NCBI GenBank assembly: GCA_028534125.1
Contig: CM052816.1
Span: forward strand, 12,216,001 to 12,280,000
DNA from: Lama glama
Taxonomy: Eukaryota
DNA length: 64,000 nucleotides
Direction of reading: 5' to 3'
Notes under the pieces: model-generated
Seen by the model: only the letters and a program-made list of their open reading frames with translations
Database searches by the model: none
What the model was told of the DNA's origin: nothing
Shown here: piece after piece, positions 1 through 12,850 of the stretch
Layout of the letters: every line of letters starts with the position of its first letter
Position numbering within the stretch: position 1 is the stretch's first letter
Program-made: the position numbers and the translations under genes

Positions 1-319
1 TCCAAATAACCACAATCGAGAGCCTGGAAAGTCCAGGATCATGATGCCAGCAGATTCAGCGTGGCGGCTGCTAAGGGACCGTTTCCTGACTCATAGATGG
101 CGCCTCTTCACTGTGTCCTCACACGGTGGAAGTGGCACAGGATTTCCCTGGATGCTCTTTTATAAAGGCATTAATCCCACTCATGAAGGTTTCACCCTCA
201 TAATCTAATCACTTCTTAAAATCTCCACCTCCAAATACCATCACAGTGGGCATTAAGATTTCAACATACGAATTTGGTGGGGGGGGGAGGCCGGGGACAC
301 AAACATTCAGACCATGGTA
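1..319 (-). mobile_element. MaLR LTR (MLT1A-like), truncated by window edge
   Basis: Contains ttttataaaggcattaatcccactcatgaaggtttcaccctcataatctaatcac and ends gacacaaacattcagaccatggta, the reverse complement of the recalled MLT1A start TGCTATGGTCTGAATG. Confidence 0.85.
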
Positions 320-1438
320 GTATATATTTACTAATTATGTTTATCTTTCCTTTCTCTCAATCCTATACTCTCCAACATAAGCATATCAGTAAAGTTTCAC
401 CCTGTATCTCAGTATTTAACAGAATATCTCAGCCGGGAAAGGAACAAGTATTGTCAGACATGGACTGAATCCAGGAAACCTGTATTTCCTCATTTAGAAA
501 GATTAGTATGTTTTCAGTTTTGTATTGAATACATACATGTCTGGGGGGGGTGGTTAGTGGCATCATATATTAAGCAGAAGCAGGATGTTATTTTTATTGG
601 AGCTTAAATACAGGTACAGGAGGATGGATTTAGCCACTGAGTTGACAAAAGGCACTGTGCCAGAATGAATGCTCTCAATGTGGTACCATCTCCAGCAACC
701 CCTTTTAAGACTGAAAAGTAGGTTTCCCAGAATCCCCTTTGTCATGCAGTCCCAGTTTTAGAATTTTCCAATAAGAGGAATTCACGTGCTCTTTAGAAGG
801 CAAAGTGGAGCAGAAGCTAGCATTCTTTGGGAGGCTAAGGCAGCCAGAATGGTGCTGTACAGATTTATTCATGATTGGGACTGCATTCCCCAAATCCAGT
901 GCTTTAGGCTGTATAATGAACGTATTTCCAACCCTCCAGATGTAGGCTTCCACACCTTCACTCCCTCAGACCTGTACACATTTATATGCGTCTTAATTCA
1001 CATACTAAGATCCTTAGTCACCTAATACTTGTAGTGTGTCTTTTCTGCTGGTCAAGTTCAGAGGGATGCAGTAGGTAAAACGTAGCAGATGCAGCACAGC
1101 GTTAATTTTTACTATTTCCATGTTGAATATTTATGAATAAATGTATCTCATCTTAAATTTGTCCTAAGAACACTCTTCCTTTATTCAATAAGACACCAAA
1201 CCACATATAAACAATGGGATTCCTTTTCTGTTAGAGACCAAATCATTAAAGAAAGCCATGATTTGACTGCAATGCTCTTGCTGACATTTTTTGGGCTTGA
1301 GTATAATGGAATGTCATCTACAGAGACTCAAGCAGACACTTTGAGTGATGGCTGAAGATTTGTCAAACTGAAGTTTCTGTTCTGTGACAAATCACTTTGG
1401 AGCATGAGAAACGTTAGCGCTTATTTATTTTATTCAAG

Positions 1439-1534
1439 ACAAGTTGACTCAAAAGAAGGAAAGATTAGATCCAGAAAGCCAATCTCCAATTGGTAAAATA
1501 CATCAAGGGCCCCTGGGAAGTTCTTCCTCAGCAG
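1439..1534 (+). other. Candidate 96-nt cassette exon (unknown gene or lncRNA)
   Basis: T-rich acceptor ttatttattttattcaag, donor CAG|gtaagg, phase 1-1 frame open (KLTQKKERLDPESQSPIGKIHQGPLGSSSSA); peptide not recognised. Confidence 0.2.
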
Positions 1535-2079
1535 GTAAGGCCTTTTATATTTGTCACAGGACAGTGTTTCCTCCACTTACTTATAGGTGGCCTCAGTGAG
1601 TTGTTCCTTGGAGAGCAGGATGTTGTAAGAATTGCACAATTTTATTGCCACACAATAATTTAAATTTGCTACAAAATGGGAATGGGAAGAAACTATGAGC
1701 TGTCTCTATATCTTGCTTTCTATCTTGAAAACTTTTTGCAATTGGTAGTATTACTATTGCCACTTGTTAATACTGCTGTTAGAAAATAAAAGTTACCTAT
1801 TTCTGAGTACAAACTAGAGAAGGAAATTTGAATTTGAATGTCACTATTGAATCATCTTGGACTTAAAGATGAAATAGCAGTCTTCACACTAAAAATACAG
1901 TGAGCAGATCATGTCCACAGAGCTTAGCACTAAAATACAACTATTTTTGTCCCGCTCTCCTATGATAGAAAAAATCCACTTGCTCAAATTTCTGCAGCAA
2001 TTGAAGGAAAGTTTTTTTTTTACCAGTTTAAAAAACACTATGCTTAATTTCTGAACACAACTAGATTTTAAAACAAATA

Positions 2080-2730
2080 AACTTGGTCTTAAAATACAAT
2101 GTATATATAAAAGTATAATAAACATAACTTTACAGACTGTTGAATTTTCAAAACATGAACCACTGATTCAACCAATATCAAAATCAACAAAATGTTACAA
2201 TGATCTGAAAGCTTCCCTCGTCCTCCTTCCCAGCCCCTGACCACAAACTCCCTTAAAATTAACTACTATCTCTACACCTAGTACTGTAGATTAGTTTGAC
2301 CAGAAGTAAAAACATACAGTGTATGTTCTTTTGAGTTTAACTTCTTTGCTCAATATTATGTTGGTAGGATTTTTTTTAACATTTTTTATTGATTTATGAT
2401 CTTTTACAATGTTGTGTCAAATTCCAGTGTAGAGCACAATTTTTCAGTTATACATGAACAGATACATATTCATTGTTACATTTTTTTCTCTGTGAGCTAC
2501 CATAAGATCTTGCATATATTTCCCTGTGCTATACAGTATAATCTTGTTTTTCTATAATGTAAAATATGTTGGCAGGATTTATATATGTTGTTTCATTTAT
2601 AAATAGTTCATTTTAAAAATCAAGTTTTCTACTATATAAATGTATCACATATTATTTATTCACTTCATTGTTTGTAGCAAAATAGATTGTTTCTAATTTG
2701 GGTCTGTCATGAAGAGTGTCCCCATTTATA
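2080..2730 (-). mobile_element. Old L1 (L1ME-type) 3'UTR fragment interrupted by a younger L1 tail
   Basis: Typical antisense L1ME phrases: catacagtgtatgttcttttg, cttctttgctcaatattatg, gattgtttctaatttggg. Confidence 0.6.
2373..2564 (-). mobile_element. 5'-truncated young L1 3' tail with 16-bp TSD
   Basis: Poly-T start and the atttccctgtgctatacagta motif; flanked by tatgttggtaggattt (2357-2372) and tatgttggcaggattt (2565-2580). Confidence 0.85.
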
Positions 2731-3191
2731 AACTAAGTGCCTGAAAGCTGAGCATAGCAGAAAATATTTTAAATCATGTAAAGTTGTATTTTGAAGGGCT
2801 CAGTTCATGTAAGAACACAAGTGTTTCCATCTCACAGTCCCTCAGAAAGGCCATTTGCTTCTCATAAAGGAGTTCCTGTGTACTATCTGCTGACATTATT
2901 TTTTGATTTGTTAGAAAAAATTTAAGCAATTCCTATAGTCCAATCTATAAGCAATTAAAGAAATCTGGCCTCACGAGGACAGAATTAAAAAAATTACACA
3001 GGTTTGTTCAAGATGTGATCTCACTGCTCATCAGTACAAAGGCCTTTTTACTTTCTTCATTTATTTACCTATCCACAGATCTCTACTTTTGTAATATAGT
3101 AAGCACCTATGAAACTACTATCCAACACCAATGGTAGAATATTGGCAATAACCTATATCTCGTTCTAAGTCCTACTCCAGAAAGATTAAAT

Positions 3192-4720
3192 ACCAAAACA
3201 ATCTTGAGAAAGAACAAAGCTGGAAGTATCACACTCTCTGACTTCAGACTATACTACAAAGCTATAATAAGAAAAAAAGCAGAATAAGACACATAGATTA
3301 ATGGAACAGAATAGAGAGCCCACAGGTAAATTCACGCACCTATAGTCAATTAATCTACAATAAAGGAGGTAAGAACATGCAATGGAGAAAAGACAGTCTC
3401 GTCAATAAGTGGTTCTGGGAAAACTGGACAGCTACCTGTAAAAGAATGAGATTAGAGAATGGCCTCACATCTAGCACAAAAATAAACTCAAACTAGATTA
3501 AAGACCTAAATGTAAGGACTGAAACAGTAAAACTTCCACAACAGAACATAGGCAGGATACTCTTTGACGTAAACCTTAGCAATAGTTTATTTTGGATCTA
3601 TCTCTTAAGGCAAAAAAAGCAAAAATAAACAAATGTGAACTAATTATATTTAAAAGCTTTTGCACAGCAGGGGAAACCATCAACAACATGAAAAGACCAC
3701 CTACTGAATGGGAGAAAATATTTGTAAATGATGTGACCGATAGAGAGTTAAATATATCCCTAAATTAAAGTTTGGTTATATCCAAAACATATAAACAGCT
3801 CATACAACTCAGTATCATAAAATAAACAACCTGACTGAAAAATGGGCAGAATACCAGAATATAAATTTTTCCAAAGAAGATATACAGATGGCCAACAGGA
3901 CCAAGAAAAGATGCTCAATCTCATCAGAGAAACACAAATCAAATCACAATGAGATATCACCTCACACCTGTCAAAATGGCTATTATTTAAAAAAAAACAC
4001 CAAAAAAAATCCCACAAATGTTGGGAGAACATATGGAGAAAAGGGAACCCTTGTTCATGTTGGTGGGAATGGAAATTGGTGCAGTCACTATGAAAGACAG
4101 AATGAAGTTTCCTCAAAAACCTAAAAACAGAACCACCACATCATCTGACAATTCCATCCATGAGTATATATCCAAGGAAAATGAAAACAATAATTTGAAG
4201 AGATACATGGACCCCACCGTTCATAGCAGTATCATTTACAATGGCAAGATATGGAAATATACCACATGCATATACAATGAAATACTACTTTGCCTTAAAA
4301 AAGAATGAAATTTTGCCATTTGCAACAGCATGGATGGACCTGGATGGTATTATGCTTAGTGAAACAAGTCATACAGAGAAAGACAAATACTACATGTTAT
4401 TACTTACATGTGGAATATGAAAAATAAACTAGTGAATATAACAAAAAAGAAAATATACAGAACAAACTAGGGGCTACCAGTGCAGAGAGGGAAGTAGGGA
4501 AGGGCACTACAAGGGACTGAGAGGTACAAACTGCTACATATACAATTAATAAGCAACAAGAATGTATTGCACAGCACAAGGACTACAGCCAATATTTTAT
4601 AGTAACTACAGACGGAGTATAATCTATAAAAATTGAGTAACTATGTTGTATACCTGAAACTAATACTATGAGTCAACTATACCTCAATAAAAATATAAAC
4701 AAACCAAAAAATATAAATAA
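3192..4720 (+). mobile_element. L1 LINE, degraded ORF2 C-terminus plus 3'UTR and A-rich tail
   Basis: Translation from 3192 TKTILRKNKAGSITLSDFRLYYKA matches L1 ORF2; has gagatatcacctcacacctgtc, tggatggacctggatggtattatgcttagtgaa, and ends aataaaaa plus A-rich tail. Confidence 0.95.
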
Positions 4721-5340
4721 AACTGGTCAAAATATGTAAGGTAATTGTTTTCAGACTTTGAACAACAATATATAATGTCAATCCCCAACAGTAGTGAAGC
4801 TCATCAGTTAGTTCCTCGTTCTCTCCAGCTTTCTGTCCAGGTACAATTTACTGACTGTTGTAGAAGGGGTGAATTGAAAGCACAGCAGGGCAGTCCTACT
4901 GAGCTTAGAGGGCGGAGACCTGAGTTCCAGGTTGCTGAAATATCTGAAAAAAATGTGCGGCAGGACACTTAGGAAAGAACTGCAAAGAGGAAAAAATCCA
5001 CAAGTCTGAGGGGAGGGGTTTCCAGGAAATTATTTGGCTGAGGGTTGGGCTGCATACATACGTACAGGACTAGACTTTGAAGCTTACCAGGGAGTAACTG
5101 CTATAGGGTTAAGGGAAGAATGGAGATAAATGATATAAAATAGTGTTCAAAGATATTGCAATTCCGGACCAACCAGAGTGAGCAGATCCCAGCCATCTGG
5201 CTGAGACACCAAATGGATCACACAGTAGGACTAAGGATCAGGCTCAATGCAAACCAAAACCAAACCTCAGTAAGAACAGCACAAGAGACAGAGTTTGGAG
5301 TTGAGTCTTTATAAATCTGAGACTTCTGGTAGATAACCTT
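4721..5340 (+). mobile_element. Old L1M 5' region fragment
   Basis: aactggtcaaaatatgtaag...gttttcagactttgaacaac and gggcagtcctactgag resemble recalled L1M 5'UTR sequence. Confidence 0.45.
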
Positions 5341-5758
5341 GGGCCATCAGCATATGTAAGTACATCATATATGTATTTTTATATATGTATTATATATGTG
5401 ACATATATATTATACATATACATATATAACACTTGCAAGATAAATGGAGTAAACAAATAATACAGTGGCTACAGTATCCCTTGTAGATACATTGGTTAAT
5501 TTAAGGATACACTGAGTAGATGGTAGGTATAATGGATATTTGTTGCCCTATTTTCCATTATGCACTAACATTATTCTAGTAATAGTGCCCCAATCTCCTT
5601 TTAAATCAATTCAAAATTGTTGAGTGCAATTTTAATGAAATTAACATGTAAGATATCCTTCCCAACTCTGGATAAGTGATTAGCACTTAAGTGAATTTAG
5701 CTGGATTCTGTGTCTCCTAACACCCTGAATCCTAAGTAAAGTGATATAAGTATAGAAA

Positions 5759-5806
5759 ACAATCACAGGAAGTTATGTTAACACAATCACAGGAAGTTAT
5801 GTTAAC
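5759..5806. repeat. Perfect 24-bp tandem duplication
   Basis: acaatcacaggaagttatgttaac x2 (5759-5782, 5783-5806). Confidence 0.95.
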
Positions 5807-5912
5807 ATTGATGCACCAGCAAAATAGCTTAGTAAGACCAGTAGCATACGTCCTCAAAAGTGACATGATTCTCCCATTCTTTTGTTCTTTCTGAGCCTGG
5901 TTCTTTAATTGT

Positions 5913-5934
5913 GTTGTTGTTGTTGTTGTTGTTG
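5913..5934. repeat. (GTT)7 microsatellite
   Basis: Read directly from sequence. Confidence 0.95.
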
Positions 5935-8289
5935 AAGATACACTGAATCTTTACAATAAGTCTATGTTCGTAAAAAAAAACAAACAGCAACACTTTTCTT
6001 ATACAGTACTGACTCCCTTTCTGTTGCTTATCAAAGAACTTTGGCTTATTAGAAGTATAATTGGAGAAGTCTTCAGAGTTTAATATCTAGCATCCCACTG
6101 TTTGGAATTGTCAGTACTCGTTTCTCAGGAATTAAGGGCAACCCATCCCCCATTTGTCTAGGTTCCATGTTACATGTGAGCTACTTGGTATATAACAGGA
6201 TTTGGATTTATTCCCAATGACCCAAAAGTCTCTTGGAACCTAATTCCATTCCCTTCATTTAATTTGCCTTTGAATGGGTGGTTTAAGCTCCTCAGTCTGG
6301 TCCAGCTTTCGCATGTACATAATGCAATCATGGCAGTGAGTGTAGACACTGCTTTCACATATCATCAAAGGTAAATGGACAGATTTACTGCATTACACAG
6401 GCATTTCCCATTCACAGTCTAAAAGTAAGACCCAATTGTAATTTCCCTGTCTTATGAAGTCTCCAAATTAGAAAACACATTTTTACAAGCACTGATTAAT
6501 TCTGAACCAAGCAAAAACAAGGTAACAGAATCACTCTTAGTTATCTGCCTGAAGAAGGGAATTTTCAATCATATGAACAGTTCTGTGCTCTAGACATGGT
6601 GAGCGGGGATGGCCAATTAACAAATATTTAGAACAGGAACCAGCCAAACTCCATGTATGTGCTTATGAGAGACTGTTCAAGGAAAGTGGAGCAAAGTGGT
6701 TACCCTTTGTCTCACTTTCCCCAGGGCAGAAATTGTTGGTCGTTAGTCACACCTATTTACAGCTTTTTAAAACCCCTTTCTGTATATTAAAGTCACATTT
6801 TCCATATGCATATATGATTGTCTATAAAGCAGAAAGGGTAAGAAAGAAACTACAATTTCTCATCAAAGAGTCTTTCAGCATTTCCATATAGTATATGTTC
6901 TTGTCCATTGGGCAGGAAAACATTTCATCTTTTACATGAGGCACAAAGATCTGTCATATTCAGCTTAAGAACAATAGACACAATCTTAGTACCATCTCTT
7001 TCTGTGAGAGAGAAAAATCAAGTGAAAGCCTCAGATTCTATTTAGCAAATCGTCCTATATATCTCCCAAGAATCACGGCTGCCTGTGGGGACTGCAGCTT
7101 TTAAAAAATATTTGCTCACACTTTCTCTGTTTTATCATATGTGGGAAAGGAGGACACAGTCCATTGTCTCTGGCTCTTAATACTTTTCCTCCAGGTTAGA
7201 ATCTTAATACATGATCCATTTGAAATATCTGACACAGGTCAGTATGGTTTCTGGTACAAATTACTTTCCAATTAACATGGCTAATGGGACTTGGCTGTGT
7301 CAATGCTGGTCCACTTAATGTATTCATATAGACTAGGTCAATGCAGACAAAGGGATCCAGACATTGGAGGCAATAGTTTTAATAATTCACAGACAAAGCT
7401 TTCAGTTAAAGAAAACTTGGCATTATTTGACATCTACATTTATCAAACTTACTGAAAATTGCATACTGCTCCACTTCACATCCCCTCTGTATGTAACTGA
7501 GTTACAGATGAAACATGTCTTCTTAGTGACTCAACTGGTGTATTTTAACACAACCACCCCACTGAGATCTCTCTTAAAGCCTAATATATTTGGCATGCTC
7601 TAAGAGAATATGCAAGTCTTTTGTAAAGTATGAAGCTGGAAAGGTTAACAAATTTTTAAAGTTTGAATGACTAAATTCACAACTTTTACTCTAAATAAAC
7701 TTCTCATAATAATTTTGCTTAAGTGATGTCTCTGTAGAACAGACATTGATATATTCATGTTCCAGATAGGTTGAGTTTATCCACATACCCAGTACTGTAT
7801 GTCTAATCAATGCTTTTTTAAGGGTCGTGTCTTTAGAAGTTTTTCACCTTCAACAAGACAAACTTTTTACTTTCTGTAATTGGAGTTTATATTATTCCAC
7901 AAGCTTAACTGAAAAATGTTACCTTGATTATTTACTCTTACCAAGGTAATATTTTATTATCAAGGTACTCTTTGTTTATCTTGGACGAGAGGATCATCTT
8001 TCAGAAGGACTGTCTAGATGGCTACCTTTATTATTTTATTTCCATTCGGGCGCTCGAAAATCATCCAAGGATTTTTATACGTAATTGGGAGAAGGTCTAA
8101 AATACATGAATATTTTTTGTAATTTGAGCATTTTCTGTTAATTCTAATACACAACAAGTCTAATATAACTAATAAACCAAATTTACTAATCCAATTACAA
8201 ACAAATCCATTAAACAGGACTACTGAGTGGCAAAGTCAATGATGGTATATTTACCTGCTAGAATATTATGTATTGATAGATATGAATAT

Positions 8290-8500
8290 TTGAAACACAT
8301 ACTATGTATCACTTACTACTCTAAGTGCTTTTAAACTCATTTAGTCATTAATACAATCCTATGAAATAGATTCTTATGCCTATTTTACAGATGAGGACAC
8401 TACAAGGGAGAGATTAAGAAATGTGCCCAAGATCTCACAGCTGGTAAATGCGTAGAGACAGGTGCTGAATCCAGGAAATCGGACTCCCAAGTCTGCACTT
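8290..8500 (-). mobile_element. MIR SINE
   Basis: Core cctattttacagatgaggacac...aaatgtgcccaagatctcacagctggtaaatg. Confidence 0.8.
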
Positions 8501-10259
8501 ATATTCTCCTCACTGTTCATGTTTTGTCACAGAAAGTGTCTGTGTAATGCAAACCAGAGCACTACACTTGCTCAGGACATGCATCATGATGGCAGAAGGA
8601 CTTTTCTAGGACTCTCTAGAGGCAAATGAGCAGGATTAAGTCTTTTGCTTTACTGTAAACATAACTTTCTATACAATAGGAAATGCCTTAAAAAATTAAA
8701 TAGCCCAGAAGGTAGAATCCTAATATGCTGAGGACATGCTAATATTAATATCTCCTCCCTACTGATAAGAGCTGAGGGCATGACTAGCTTCTGGAGCGTT
8801 ATTTATATATAAAAATTGAGGAGATTAACTATCTCCACTACTCACTCCTAAGGCACATATCTGCTGTAAGATAACTGAAACTCTAAAATGCTTAGTGTTT
8901 TATCACAGTGGTGTCAGAAACTTCTTTGGTGAATTGATTCAGTCTGGGAGTGAGTGAGTGGGGAAGATGCCTCTGTCCAACAGGAAAACAAATGTTTGGT
9001 TGCTTTGAAAAAAATCTCTGGCACGTAAATCTTTCAAGTATCTTTCGTTTGTTGAATGTGCAATATTCTGCAGGAAAGGTGAGCCATTTTCTTTGTTCGA
9101 ACTGTCCTTATCTTTTCAGAAAATCAGTATAACCAGTCAATTCACAGTAGAGCTAACAAATAGTCTACTGGAAAGTGACAGTGGGAAGAGATTAAAGTAG
9201 TAATATATAACAAATTTGATCTTAAATGTAAATATCTGTTTCTTTTTCTCCCTGTTGTCATAGAATCAATAAATATCTCAGACCCCAAATCCCAATGGTT
9301 CAAAATGGTTCCATGAATTTCCAAAAATATTGTTTGTCTACCTAAAATCTCCAGGGTCAAGAGAGCCCATTTCTTGAGTAGCTATGACACATTCTTAAAA
9401 TACTTTTTTTCCCTCTGTTATTTGAGTTGTTTTTACATCAAAAATTTCAATCACATCAGGAAAATCTCCTTTTCATGGCAAAACCTGACATTCTGGTATC
9501 ATTTTAAATTTAAAAAAATAACATTAACTGTTCTTTTCCTTAGCTTTTTACATCTGATTTTTCTGTATACTTTTATATTGTTCAATTTAGCTTAATTGTA
9601 ATATAAATCCCAGTGAACTTTAAAATGAAATTAGGCACATACATGAAATATGTATAATTCTGCAAAGTGCATTTCCCAGAATGATTCTTTTCAACCAGAG
9701 GGGAATACTGAAATCTTCTTAAGCATATTCAATGCATATTTATGAAGATATTTAACAAAGATTCAGCTTATACTTTTTCCTATCTACTGAAAACATTAAT
9801 AAATTTCTATCAACATATTCATTTCTCAGTAAGTATCTATCAGTGTTTATATAAACATCTATATGAAAAGATGCTAAGTGTTTTACCTTAATTTACTAGC
9901 GTATTTATATACTATAGAAAACTAGTTTCAATTTATTTCTATTTTCTATTTCTTTCTATTTCTCTGCACTAAAATTGACTTTTCAAAAAATAAACACATT
10001 CAGATTTTTTCCCTTTTTTCCCTCAACAATCTCACTCAATTATAATCTTTTCGAATGCAAGTGCCAACCATTCCTTACTGAAATTTTGTTCCAACCTTCC
10101 AAAGGTTTATATTCAAGGACTTAGCAGTTTTTTTAATCTAACAGACCATATTTGGTAATTTGTGAAATAGTCTCTATAGCTAATAGAACAGAGAAACTCT
10201 CATTGGGACTGCCAATGAGATGATGATGTTGGTAACAGGATGCTGGGAGGCGATGTACA

Positions 10260-10700
10260 TGGCAATCGAGTAAGAATTACTTAGATTCAGACAGATCTGG
10301 GCTTCAGTCTCACCTCTCTCTCATCACTTACTAGCTGCATCCCTGGGAAGTTGGTAAATCTCTGTGATCTTCAGTTTCCTCATCCATAAAATGGAAATAA
10401 CAGTAACTATTTCATAGGGGGTTTTTTTCTTCATTTTTTTTTTAAAGAAACTTTTGACTTACAATACTGGTGCACAGCATATATATTCTTTTTAATATTC
10501 TTTTTCATTACAGGTCACTAGAAGCCATTGAATATAGTTCCCTGTGCTATACAGCAGTACCCTATTGTTTATCTATTTTGTACATAGTAGTTTGTATCAG
10601 TCAATTTCAAACTATGAGTATCAGTTTATGTGATATTTGTACAAAACATAATCACACTGCTTGGCACACTTAATCAATGCTAATTAATGTAGTTTTTAAC
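10260..10700 (+). mobile_element. MIR SINE split by an L1 tail
   Basis: cacttactagctgcatccctgggaagttggtaaatctctgtgatcttcagtttcctcatccataaaatgg; resumes after the L1 with cttggcacacttaatcaatgctaattaatg. Confidence 0.75.
10421..10605 (-). mobile_element. Short L1 3' tail
   Basis: Poly-T start; ttgaatatagttccctgtgctatacagcagtaccctattgtttatctattttg. Confidence 0.85.
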
Positions 10701-10720
10701 TGCTACTGTTATTATTAGAT

Positions 10721-10760
10721 TAGCTATTTGCATTAACTAGCTATTTGCATTAACCAGCTA
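10721..10760. repeat. 17-bp tandem duplication (2 full copies plus partial)
   Basis: tagctatttgcattaac x2 (10721-10737, 10738-10754) followed by cagcta. Confidence 0.95.
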
Positions 10761-10789
10761 TCAGATAATTTGTGGTGCTGAATCCCTTA

Positions 10790-11310
10790 ACTATTTACTT
10801 ATGCATTTATTTACAATTAAAATCATTATTTTTATTAACATAATAAGAACATGTTCACTGAAGAAATGCTGAAAATAAACACAAACAAAATTGTTTTAAA
10901 AATAACACTAATAATAAATCCTTACATTGCTACCACCCCAGGATCACTTGTGTTATCTTTAGCTCACACCTTTCTGGATTTCCAATGTAAACATGCTCAT
11001 GTACACACATCATTTTTTTTTCACTTTACAGTAAGATTATATTGTATATACTGTTCTACAATCTCCTTTCTTATTAATTAATTTCAACCTTTCCATTTTA
11101 GTAAATTTTCTATCTCTATGATATCTAGATCACATTATATTTTTCCCAGTTGACCCCAAATAATCTTTATAGCTTATCTACATCGATAGCTAATCCAAGA
11201 CTATATCTTGCATCTGACTGTTTTGTCCCCAGCCATTCCTCCAGTCAAATACAATCCCTTTTCCCCTTCCTTTTTTAAGTGACATTGACTCTTTGCAGAG
11301 ATCAGATAAC
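10790..11310 (-). mobile_element. Old L1 (L1ME/L1MC-type) fragments
   Basis: ttcccagttgaccccaaataatctttatagc...cttgcatctgactgttttgtc...gacattgactctttgcagag. Confidence 0.5.
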
Positions 11311-12449
11311 AGTATGATTCTTTCCCATCATTTTCTCATTTTTAAAGGAGCCGGACTTAGTAGCCATGGTCACAAAATTTTATGTAACAGAAAGTGAGAG
11401 AAGACAGCCCTACCTCTTTCTACCATTGTCAAACAACATACTTAACTGCTTCCCAACTCTTTTAAAAATGTTATCACAGATAAAATTTACTGGATAAATC
11501 TTAGATGATTCTATTGGGTATACAATAGTTTTTGCCCAACCCTGACTCAACTAGAAAAATTTTCACCATTTTGTAAATGCTAATACTTCAGTATTTTACA
11601 CAAATGTCTCCTAGTCTCTGACATTTCAATGTCCCTCATAATCATGTGTGGAGCAAGGGAATAAACTTATTGTTGTACAAGTGTCTTCTTTCATCTTAGA
11701 TTTCCAAATAAGCCAGGAGCAGACACTAGATAACCCCTGGTGTGCCTTAAAAATGCTACATTATCTAGATGTTTAGGCACAAAACGCTAACGGGAATTTT
11801 CTCTCCCAGTCTCTATGCATATCCGTGGAGTGGAGGCCTAAGATTAGTCTTCAGCTAAAATTGCACCAGCTCTTAAGAAAAGTATTCTAATATCTAACAC
11901 AATTGAGAATACAGAAATACAAAGCCACTATGAAAGTATATATCCACAAAGGGGATTAGATAATATCCCTTAGTAGGGAAAGGGCATTTTTTTTTCTGTT
12001 TCTCTGAGATTTTTTGGTGTTTTTTTTTTTTTTGCCTTTTTGTTTTACTAATATAAAGGGAAGAAAAAAATCAGTGATAACTATCAAGATGCTAGATGGC
12101 TGACCAAATGATTCCTCACTAGATGCTGTAATTCTCTAGAGCAACAGCCTTTCAGCAGTTCCAGAGCAAGAACAGAGGTTGACTAATGTGTGGAAGACCA
12201 GAGCAGAACGAAATAAGAGGACTTCAGGAGGCAGAGACTCCACTGTTCTGGGGATCTAACAGTAAATAAGTATTAAATGGAATATCAAGACCACCTCTTA
12301 GAGAATCTGACACTTAACCAGCCCAAGTCACCCCAAACAAACACGATTGTCATTTCTAATTCTACTTAAAAAAAAAAAGCCTAAACTAATAAATAAAAAT
12401 ATAGAAAAATAATAAGCAGGAAAAAAGGAATTGCATAAATCTCTGTAGT

Positions 12450-12850
12450 GAAACCATATCCTTTTGACCCAGAAATTCTAATTATATACTTAACATAAAT
12501 GCACAGGTCTGTTCACCAAAAGACACTGCATAAGACTCTTCATAGCAGCATTAGTCAAATTCAAATGACTTTCAAATTTCAAAGTGAAAACTACCCAGAT
12601 GACATTCAACAGTGGAATAGATGTTTTTAAATGATGATGTATTTAAATAGCAAAATATGCTAAAGCCATGAGGATACACAAATGATAACTATGCATAATA
12701 TTAATGAATGTCTTGAATTAATATTGAGTAAGTATTTGGACACAAAAGATTACATACTATTTGTTTCCATTTATATAAACTACAAAACAGAAAAAGTCAA
12801 TCTATCCTAGTAGAAGACAGGATATTTTCACCCTAGAGGGAGCAGTTGTA
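12450..12850 (+). mobile_element. Old L1 (L1ME-type) 3'UTR fragment
   Basis: ccttttgacccagaaattcta, gttcaccaaaagacac, cttcatagcagcattag, gacacaaaagattacatactatttgtttccatttatataaac. Confidence 0.7.

Larger units (their letters stand above)
5520..6050 (+). mobile_element. Degraded MaLR (MLT1-type) LTR
   Basis: 3' end ttctgttgcttatcaaagaactttggcttatt resembles the MLT1 terminus; highly diverged. Confidence 0.35.

Noticed and set aside
3760..4308. Overlapping ORFs of 78-118 aa
   Set aside because: Off-frame and antisense readings of the L1 ORF2/3'UTR
5365..5428. AT-rich quasi-palindrome centred near 5400
   Set aside because: Self-complementarity is expected for degenerate (TA)n microsatellites
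6160..6372. About 60 open codons on each strand
   Set aside because: No recognisable protein or consistent splice sites
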